Part shown: in pieces, positions 57,241 through 64,000 of the stretch | Numbering within the stretch: position 1 is the stretch's first letter | Layout of the letters: every line of letters begins with the position of its first letter | Source: an uncultured archaeon | GTDB taxonomy: Archaea > Thermoproteota > Bathyarchaeia > 40CM-2-53-6 > CALIRQ01 | Reading direction: 5' to 3' | Length of the DNA stretch: 64,000 bases | Assembly: GCA_938042195.1 (NCBI GenBank) | Contig: CALIRQ010000007.1 | Coordinates: forward strand, 180 to 64,179 | Made by a program: the position numbers and the translations under genes | The notes under the pieces: generated by a model | Told to the model about the DNA's origin: nothing | The model's database searches: none | What the model saw: the letters and a program-made list of their open reading frames with translations, nothing else

Positions 57241-58055
57241 ATGATCGCCGGAGATCTTCACCATAGGGGGGATGAATTATGCTATGGGAAGGTCAAGGAT
57301 GCGGACTCCTTCTGGATCGCCGATCGATTAACGCGGATCGGAGCGATCATGAGGAGGATAACCTGCGTTAGGAATCGTATCGATGATATCTGCGCGGCCA
57401 TAGGGGAGGCCCTGGGCAAGGGCCCAACTCATCGTGAGGAACGGGGGTATGGGTCCAACATCGGGCGATTTAACGATGGAGGCTCTAGCGAGGCTGACGC
57501 ATCGAAAGATCGTCCTTGACCGAGGAGTATTGGAGGACTATGCCCCAAGGAGGAGGGTCGCGGTCGAAGGGCTTCCGAAGAACGTGGTCCTATGGCTAGG
57601 GGACCCTGAGAACGGGGAGTGCGTTCGGAGCTCTTTAGGAGGGGGGACATCACAATCGTTGAGATTGGCGGCGCGACCCTGATCGCTCTCCCGGGACCGC
57701 CGAGGGAGGTCAAGGCCCTCCTTAAGCGCCTGAAACCTTTCTAAGCGCTAGAACCGGGTACGTGGGCCTGAGCATGAGTGTCATAGTTTCTATGCGCGAA
57801 TCGGAGATCTCGCCGCTGATCGATGAAATATGCAGAGGAATCCCCGATGTTTACGTAAAACCCTTGATCAAGTATTATGGGCCGGATTCGGGACTTCCGA
57901 TCAAAATCTTGGCCTTTGGGGAGGGGAGATCCGCCTGCGCGAGGAAACTCGCCTCAGTGATTGAGCACATGAGGACCTTCGCAGAAGCGAGGAGGCGAGA
58001 TGTGGCCCTGGTCAAGGGCATGCCCCGAGGGAGGGCCCGGCGCAACCCCCTTTAG
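57241..58055 (+). pseudogene. CinA-like MoCF-binding protein paralog disrupted by two frameshifts
   Basis: Three consecutive ORFs in three frames (57241-57519, 57434-57682, 57762-58055) together align with the intact paralog at 53810-54649 (KVKDADSFWIADRLTRIGA...; GGMGPTSGDLTMEALA...; C-terminal EISPLIDEICRGIPDVYVK). Confidence 0.5.
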
Positions 58056-58444
58056 CCCCTCTTGAATGCTCCCCTCCCCTTCAGCCTGAGCTCCTTCTCG
58101 GGACCGGGCGGCGCGTATATCACCAGATATCTTAGGGGATCCGGCCCGACCTTCCTAAGGCGATGCATCGCGCCGGCGGGCGCGAATAGGGCCATGCCAG
58201 GCCCAACGTCGTACTCCTTGCCCCCTATCGAATATTTTCCTCTGCCGCTGAGTATGAAGAACGCGTGTTCAACCTCGTGCGCATGCTCCGATCCGGTTTC
58301 GCTATGCATCTCGTTCAAGAGGAGGCTGAAGTTCTTCGCGCCCGCTATCTCCTCGTCCAATAGGATCTGGAACTTCCCCCCCGCTGGCAGATCCCCGGAG
58401 AATGCTTCGTCTTGGCCGATGACCATCTTCTTCATGGCCAGCAC
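58052..58444 (-). CDS. cupin-domain protein
   Basis: HSETGSEHAHEVEHAFFILSGRG and GAMHRL cupin motifs; 130 aa. Confidence 0.6.
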   Translation of the reverse strand: MLAMKKMVIGQDEAFSGDLPAGGKFQILLDEEIAGAKNFSLLLNEMHSETGSEHAHEVEHAFFILSGRGKYSIGGKEYDVGPGMALFAPAGAMHRLRKVGPDPLRYLVIYAPPGPEKELRLKGRGAFKRG

Positions 58445-58467
58445 ACCGTTATGAGTAAAAAAGAGGA

Positions 58468-59079
58468 TTACTTGGATACCCCCAGCATGGAGTATACCCT
58501 TGGCTTATTTTCCTCAACAGCCTTGGCGACGTTCGCGTGATGGCTGTTCCCGTGCGAATCTATGGTGACCAATAGCGGCCCGAAATCCTTGACCTCCAAT
58601 ATCCACATGGCCTCCGGGATGCCCAGCTCGAACCACTCAACGCCCCTCACCCTCTCCACGGCTTTGGCCGCCAGCACTGCCGCGCCCCCTGTGAAGTCGC
58701 AGTAAACGGCCCCGAACTTCTTCATCGCCTCGGCGGTCCTCGGCCCCATTCCCCCCTTGCCAACTATTATGCTCGGCCTGAAGGCCTCTATGAACTCCGC
58801 TTGGAACAGCTCCATCCTAGTGCTGGTCGTGGGACCGGCGGCGACCATCTCCCATTCGCCATCCTTCTTCCTGACGACCGGGCCGCAATGGAAGATCACG
58901 CCGCCCCTCAAATCGATCGGTAGGGGCTTCCCCTCCTTGTGGAGCGCTAGGGCCCTCCTATGGGCTTGATCCCTGGCCGTGACCATAACCCCAGTTACGT
59001 AAACTATGTCGCCGATCTTCAGCTTCCTCACATCGCTTTCCGATATCGGCGTCTTGAGCCTATATTCCATACCCATCAC
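58468..59079 (-). CDS. class I fumarate hydratase beta subunit (FumA C-terminal domain homologue)
   Basis: KIGDIVYVTGVMVTARD, GGVIFHCGP, VGKGGMG motifs of the Fe-S hydro-lyase beta subunit. Confidence 0.8.
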   Translation of the reverse strand: MMGMEYRLKTPISESDVRKLKIGDIVYVTGVMVTARDQAHRRALALHKEGKPLPIDLRGGVIFHCGPVVRKKDGEWEMVAAGPTTSTRMELFQAEFIEAFRPSIIVGKGGMGPRTAEAMKKFGAVYCDFTGGAAVLAAKAVERVRGVEWFELGIPEAMWILEVKDFGPLLVTIDSHGNSHHANVAKAVEENKPRVYSMLGVSK

Positions 59080-60044
59080 CTCCCATGCGAAAGTATTTCC
59101 ACCCTACCATCCCTGTAAACCCTAGCCGTGGCCCTCCTGGCCGCCCAGCATTGCGTATTAACCGCCACCGGAAGGCTGGCTGTATGGCAATGGGCATATT
59201 CCGCGTGGACGTCCAGGGAGGTAACGTTTCCCCCGAGACCCATCGGCCCTATGCCGGTCATGTTTATGGCCTTGAGGAGGTCCTCCTCGAGCTTGGCGAT
59301 CTCAGGATCGCTATGGCGTTGCCCGATGGGCCTGAGCAGGGATTTCTTCGCTAGCTTAAGCGCCAAGTCAGCGGTCCCGCCTATCCCGACGCCTATTATT
59401 GTGGGCGGGCAAGGCTGGCCGCCGGATGAGATTACTGAGTCTATGACGAATCTCTTTATCCCCGCTATCCCCTCGCCGGGCTTTACCATGGAGAAGAAGG
59501 TCATGTTCTCGGATCCCCCTCCCTTCGGGAAGGCAGTTATCTCCAAATAATCCCCCTCCACGTAGCTCCAATTGAGTATGGGTACGTAGGAGCCCGTATT
59601 ATCGCCGCTGTTCTTCCTGGATATCGGGTGCACTGCGTTGGGCCTGAGCGGGATCTCCTCAGTGGCCCTTTTAGTCCCCTTGGCTATGGCCTCGGGGATC
59701 CCGCTTACGGATCCGAACCCATATCCGACGTCCAGGAAGAAGACGATCAGCCCCGTATCTTGGCAAACCGGCCTCCTCATCGATTCAGCGAGCCTTATGT
59801 TCTCCAAGATGGCGCTCAGGTTCGCCTTGGCTATATCCGACGTCTCCCGCTCCTTGGCCCTCTCCAATGCTTCCTTCACATCCTTCGGGAGTTCTATGAC
59901 GGCCAACCTGAGGAGGTCGACCGTCAAATCCTCGATCCTCTTCACATCGACCAAATTTTCATCCCCCGAGTTCCAATGCCGCATCCTATGATGGACCGAG
60001 GTTTTATATAACAATTTATCGACTTCAGGAGTCCGATTCGGCAC
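59076..60044 (-). CDS. class I fumarate hydratase alpha subunit
   Basis: CQDTGLIVFFLDVG and following Cys ligand motifs of Fe-S hydro-lyase alpha subunits; 4-bp overlap with the beta subunit. Confidence 0.8.
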   Translation of the reverse strand: MPNRTPEVDKLLYKTSVHHRMRHWNSGDENLVDVKRIEDLTVDLLRLAVIELPKDVKEALERAKERETSDIAKANLSAILENIRLAESMRRPVCQDTGLIVFFLDVGYGFGSVSGIPEAIAKGTKRATEEIPLRPNAVHPISRKNSGDNTGSYVPILNWSYVEGDYLEITAFPKGGGSENMTFFSMVKPGEGIAGIKRFVIDSVISSGGQPCPPTIIGVGIGGTADLALKLAKKSLLRPIGQRHSDPEIAKLEEDLLKAINMTGIGPMGLGGNVTSLDVHAEYAHCHTASLPVAVNTQCWAARRATARVYRDGRVEILSHGR

Positions 60045-60059
60045 TAATGGGCGCTTCGC

Positions 60060-61178
60060 TTACTTGGCCCTAGGGATATATCTCAGGCCTATCAGCTCCC
60101 CTTCCTTGGCGAATTGCGAGAGCAGCTCCCTTTGCCTTTGCGTGAGCCTCGTTGGCGTTTGCACGACGACCCTAACGAGCTCATCGCCCCTTCCGAACCC
60201 ATCTAGCTTGGGCATCCCCTTGCCCCTTAGCCTGAAGACGGTCCCCGTTTGCGTTCCCGGCGGGATCCTTAATTTGGTTGGGCCATCCAAGGTGGGGACA
60301 TCGATTTCCGCCCCAAGAGCGGCCTCCGAGAAGCCAATGCGCACCTCGCAGAGCAGATCGTCCCCCCTCCTCTCGAAGATCTCATGGGGCTTGACGTTCA
60401 GGAATATCAGGAGATCCCCCGGAGGGGCTCCGTCCTCTCCGGGATCGCCCATGCCCGCCATCCTCAAGCCATACCCTGTGTCAACTCCCCTCGGGATCTG
60501 GACCACGACCCTCCTAATTCTCCTGACCTTGCCGGAGCCGCCGCAGCCAGGACATGGGAAATCGATCACCGTCCCGGCGCCGCTACAACGGCCACAGGTC
60601 TCCACCCGGACGAATCTCATGAAGCCCCTGGAGCTTTCGTATCTCACCTGCCCGGTACCCTTACATTCGGGACAGGGCCTTGGCTTCGTCCCAGGCTTGG
60701 CCCCGGATCCTCCGCAATTATCGCAGGTTTCATATATGGGGATCTTGAGCTCCTTCTCGGTCCCTTTCGCGGCCTCCTCAAGCGTTATCTCCAAATCATA
60801 TCTCAGATCCCGCCCCCTCTTTGGCTCCTTTACGCCCTTTCGCCCCCCGAAGAATAGGTCGAAGAGGCTCCCGAATCCCTCGAAGCCGAACCCCAGGTCC
60901 CTGAACACGTCCTCGAAGTCGGCTCCTCCGAAGATGTCCTCCCAGCTGTATCTGCCCTCTATGCCCGCGTGGCCATAGAGGTCGTATTGACGGCGCTTCT
61001 CATCGTCGGAGAGCACGGCATAGGCTTCGGAGATCTCCTTGAACCTCTCCTCCGCATCCGGTGATTTATTCCTATCCGGATGATATTGTAGCGCCAGCCT
61101 CCTATAGGCCGCCTTTATCTCCTCCTTTGTGGCGTTCCGGGGGACGCCAAGGATCTCGTAGTAATCCTTCTTGGACAT
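60060..61178 (-). CDS. dnaJ: chaperone DnaJ
   Basis: J-domain (KDYYEILGV...HPD), G/F region, four CxxCxGxG repeats; start at internal [12 protein letters not shown]. Confidence 0.9.
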   Translation of the reverse strand: MSKKDYYEILGVPRNATKEEIKAAYRRLALQYHPDRNKSPDAEERFKEISEAYAVLSDDEKRRQYDLYGHAGIEGRYSWEDIFGGADFEDVFRDLGFGFEGFGSLFDLFFGGRKGVKEPKRGRDLRYDLEITLEEAAKGTEKELKIPIYETCDNCGGSGAKPGTKPRPCPECKGTGQVRYESSRGFMRFVRVETCGRCSGAGTVIDFPCPGCGGSGKVRRIRRVVVQIPRGVDTGYGLRMAGMGDPGEDGAPPGDLLIFLNVKPHEIFERRGDDLLCEVRIGFSEAALGAEIDVPTLDGPTKLRIPPGTQTGTVFRLRGKGMPKLDGFGRGDELVRVVVQTPTRLTQRQRELLSQFAKEGELIGLRYIPRAK

Positions 61179-61198
61179 TCGCGCATTACCGATCTTGC

Positions 61199-63031
61199 TC
61201 ACTTCTTATCCTCGTCGACCACCCTGTAATCGGCATCGACGACCTTGCGGTCGGACCCGCGATCGCCGGAGGCCCTTTGGGCCGCCTGTTGATAGGCGGC
61301 CATCCCTACCTCCTGCAGGACCTTGGAGAGCGCCTCCGATGAGGCCTTTATCCTCCCCACGTCCTTCCCTTGGAGTGCCTTCCGTAACTCCTCAACCCCT
61401 TTTTCGATCCTCTCGACCTGCTCCTCGCTCAGTTTCAAGTCCCTCTTCGTCCTTTCGGCGGTATATATCAGCGATTCCGCTTGGTTCCTGAGTTCCGCCT
61501 CCTCCCTCCGCTTCCTATCCTGCTCGGCGAATTGCTCCGCCTCCCTGATCATCCTCTCCTTCTCCTCTTGGGATAACTTCATGGAGGAGGTTATCGTTAT
61601 CTTCTGCTCCTTCCCGGTGGCTAGGTCCTTCGCGGAGACGTGAAGTATGCCGTTCGCGTCTATGTCGAACGTCACCTCTATCTGGGGGACGCCCCTCGGC
61701 GCCGGAGGTATCCCGACAAGGTTGAACCTACCCAGCGAGAGGTTATCCGCCGCCATAGGCCGCTCGCCTTGCAGCACGTGGATGGTCACAGTCGTTTGGA
61801 AGTCCTCGGCCGTTGTAAATATCTGGCTCCTCCTGACCGGTATGGTCGTGTTCCTCTCTATGATCTTTGTGAAAATCCCCCCAAGCGTTTCAACGCCCAG
61901 AGATAGAGGCGTCACGTCCAAGAGCAGGAGATCCCTTATCTCCCCCGCGAGCACCCCGCCCTGTATGGCGGCGCCTATGGCGACGCATTCCATCGGATCC
62001 ACGCCCCTCTCCGCTGGTATCCCGACTATCTCCTCCACAACCCTTCGGACCAGGGGCATCCTGGTCGTCCCCCCTATGAGGATCAGCTTGTCTATGTCCC
62101 GCGGTTTCAGCTTCGCATCGTCCAATACCCGCCTTATTGGCTCCTCGATCCTCTTGACTATCGGGAGCGCTATCTCCTCAAGCTTGGCCCTGGTAAGCGT
62201 ATAGTGGAGGTGCTTGGGTCCGCTCGCATCGGAATATATGAATGGCAGATCTATGTCGGTGGTCAAGAGGTTGGAGAGCTCTATCTTGGCCTTCTCGGCC
62301 GCCTCCTTCAACCTCATCATTGCCATCCGGTCATCCCTAAGGTCTATGCCAGTCTTGTGCTTGAAGTCATCTACCAGGAGCTCGACTATCGCGTTATCGA
62401 TATCCGCGCCCCCGGTTTGGGTATCGCCGCTGGTGGCGAGTACTTGGAAGACGCCGCCGCCGAACTCCATTATCGTCGTATCGTTCGTTCCACCGCCGAA
62501 GCTGAAGACCATTATCTTCAGCTCCTTATCCAGCTTATCTAGGCCGTAGGCGAGGGCCGCAGCCGTTGGCTCGTTTATTATCCTCGCGACCTCCAAGCCG
62601 GCGATCTCGCCAGCATCCTTCGTGGCCTGCCTCTGATTGTCATTGAAATGCGCCGGCACGGTTATGACGGCTTTCTTTATGGGCGTTCCGAGGTATGCCT
62701 CGGCATCCCTCTTTATTTTCTGAAGAATGAACGCCGATATCTGTTGAGGGGTATATTCCTTCCCATGGATCCTAACCTTGTAGTCGGTGCCCATCTTCCT
62801 CTTGATCTCAAAGATCGTCCCCTCGGGATTGGTGATCGCCTGCCTCTTCGCCGGCTCCCCCACCAGCAACTGACCGTCCTTCGTGAAGGCCACGACCGAG
62901 GGGAACATCTTCCCCGCGATCGTGGGCCCCTCAGCGCTTGGTATGACGACCGGCCTACCGGCCTCTACGACCGCGGCGGCCGAGTTCGTCGTCCCCAGAT
63001 CTATCCCGAGTATCTTCTCCTTCTTCTCCAA
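61199..63031 (-). CDS. dnaK: chaperone DnaK (Hsp70)
   Basis: [17 protein letters not shown]-like Hsp70 signatures; 610 aa. Confidence 0.95.
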   Translation of the reverse strand: MEKKEKILGIDLGTTNSAAAVVEAGRPVVIPSAEGPTIAGKMFPSVVAFTKDGQLLVGEPAKRQAITNPEGTIFEIKRKMGTDYKVRIHGKEYTPQQISAFILQKIKRDAEAYLGTPIKKAVITVPAHFNDNQRQATKDAGEIAGLEVARIINEPTAAALAYGLDKLDKELKIMVFSFGGGTNDTTIMEFGGGVFQVLATSGDTQTGGADIDNAIVELLVDDFKHKTGIDLRDDRMAMMRLKEAAEKAKIELSNLLTTDIDLPFIYSDASGPKHLHYTLTRAKLEEIALPIVKRIEEPIRRVLDDAKLKPRDIDKLILIGGTTRMPLVRRVVEEIVGIPAERGVDPMECVAIGAAIQGGVLAGEIRDLLLLDVTPLSLGVETLGGIFTKIIERNTTIPVRRSQIFTTAEDFQTTVTIHVLQGERPMAADNLSLGRFNLVGIPPAPRGVPQIEVTFDIDANGILHVSAKDLATGKEQKITITSSMKLSQEEKERMIREAEQFAEQDRKRREEAELRNQAESLIYTAERTKRDLKLSEEQVERIEKGVEELRKALQGKDVGRIKASSEALSKVLQEVGMAAYQQAAQRASGDRGSDRKVVDADYRVVDEDKK

Positions 63032-63032
63032 A

Positions 63033-63554
63033 TCAATCGCCCCCGCGCCTCACCGATACCTCAACCAAGCTTGGCCTTATGACCCTTCCGTTTAGGAGAT
63101 ATCCCTTCCTTAGCTCCTTTACGACCATATTCTCGGGATAATCCGAGGTTTCGCATTTGGAAACGGCCTCGTGGAGGGATGGGTCGAAGGGCTTGCCCAA
63201 GGCGTCGATCTCGGAGAGCCCCTCGGACCCCATCACCTCCTTTAGGTTCCTGAATACCATCTCTAACCCCTCCATCAGCGATTTATTGTCCCCATCCCCC
63301 CTCCCGGCATCCAAGGCCCTCCCCAAATCGTCGAGGATCGGGACGAGCCTCACGATCAACTCCTCCTTCCCCCTCCTCATGAGCTCGGCCCTTTCCTTCT
63401 CCATCCTCTTGATATAGTTCTCGAACTCCGCTTGGAGGTATTTCATGTGATTGAGATATTCCTCAGCCCTGGCCCTTTCCTTCTCGAGCCTCTCCTCTAA
63501 GACCCTGGCCTCATCTTTGGGACCCCCTTCCGCGCCCATCTCTGATGGGGCCAT
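63033..63554 (-). CDS. grpE: nucleotide exchange factor GrpE
   Basis: Coiled-coil N-terminus and GrpE C-terminal motifs (FDPSLHEAV); start at ATG 63554 (the listed ORF extends to a TTG); TTTATA-like element about 90 bp upstream. Confidence 0.8.
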   Translation of the reverse strand: MAPSEMGAEGGPKDEARVLEERLEKERARAEEYLNHMKYLQAEFENYIKRMEKERAELMRRGKEELIVRLVPILDDLGRALDAGRGDGDNKSLMEGLEMVFRNLKEVMGSEGLSEIDALGKPFDPSLHEAVSKCETSDYPENMVVKELRKGYLLNGRVIRPSLVEVSVRRGGD

Positions 63555-64000
63555 TCCTATTCCACCCCCTGAAATGGGCCTTGGGCCTGCGGCTTTGCTG
63601 AGAAGGCTTCCTCCGCTTGGCTTAGAGAACGGGAAAGAAATTTCCCTATAAATTTTTTGCGCGGGCTGGGGATGAGTTCTAGTAGGGGCTCCGGGGATGG
63701 CCGGGGCCAATTCTCTCCCGATCCCGTTGAAAGGGACCGTTAACCGAGCTTAGCCCATTCAATCCATCCTTTTGCCGCCCCATGCAAAGAATGCCGACCT
63801 AGGGGAGGGGTTTTCCAGATACCATTAACTTAAACAGCAAGGTTATTCGAGGCCAGATTTTCATGTGGGGAGGATGGGCGAATTAACGATGAATCAAGCT
63901 CAAAAAATTGTTGACGAATGATGGCTCAATTCAAGGGGGGATATTGGCCCCCTTGTCCATGTCGGCCGCCCTGATGGGGGGTGGGGGAGCTGGCTAGGTA

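Noticed and set aside
1-64000. CRISPR arrays, integrases, transposases, restriction-modification or toxin-antitoxin modules
   Set aside because: No regularly spaced direct repeats and no ORFs with integrase, transposase or Cas motifs were seen. The only mobile-element signature is the 13-bp att-like repeat.

Overview
Archaeal chromosomal segment, mostly GC-rich (about 58-60% by eye) and densely packed with core informational genes. Assignment to Archaea rests on archaeal-type r-proteins (L7Ae, S28e, L24e, S6e, S24e, S27a, S15, S3Ae), aIF5B, aIF2-gamma, Orc1/Cdc6, the RpoE'/Spt4/DPCK(DUF359) cluster, KEOPS genes, tRNA-splicing endonuclease and GAN/RecJ-like. The ORF track counts GTG/TTG as starts and displays them as M; several real starts are internal to the listed ORFs. 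Informational cluster: L7Ae-S28e-L24e-ndk-aIF5B-S6e-S24e-S27a, convergent with DPCK-Spt4-RpoE'-PIN-aIF2gamma, then Kae1-Bud32-Ham1-S15-GAN-Pcc1-S3Ae. Metabolic genes: homoserine DH, GlyRS, a three-gene 2-oxoacid:ferredoxin oxidoreductase (alpha, beta, gamma; no delta gene in the window), Zn-ADH, tungsten-type AOR plus a MoaD-like protein, FGGY kinase, malic enzyme, BCAT, class-I fumarase alpha/beta, and a TfrAB-like fumarate reductase whose B subunit is fused to two CCG (HdrD-like) domains. A grpE-dnaK-dnaJ operon closes the window. Accessory or unusual parts: (a) hypB and hypA lie 3 kb apart; hypB follows an FmdE-like gene and a small membrane protein, and between them sits a low-GC island carrying an N-truncated, frameshifted TctA remnant. 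(b) A 2.7 kb gene-poor region (47316-49957) holds two intron-containing tRNAs. tRNA-His has a 23-nt intron at non-canonical position 34/35 with a textbook relaxed HBh' motif. tRNA-Ala has a canonical 37/38 intron plus a 16-nt D-loop insertion. Next to tRNA-Ala is an AT-rich island bounded by a 13-bp direct copy of the tRNA-Ala 3' end (att-like). Between the tRNAs is a 1.3 kb ORF-free, GC-rich stretch with perfect palindromes, direct repeats, an AT-rich block and one ORB-like G-string motif. This could be ncRNA(s), an element remnant or a cryptic origin; I cannot decide from sequence alone. Three apparent frameshifts (L7Ae 5' end, the TctA remnant, a CinA-like paralog) could be assembly indels or genuine decay. 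Non-canonical relaxed-BHB introns together with a DnaK operon hint at a TACK-like or related lineage, with low confidence. No CRISPR array, integrase or transposase was seen.
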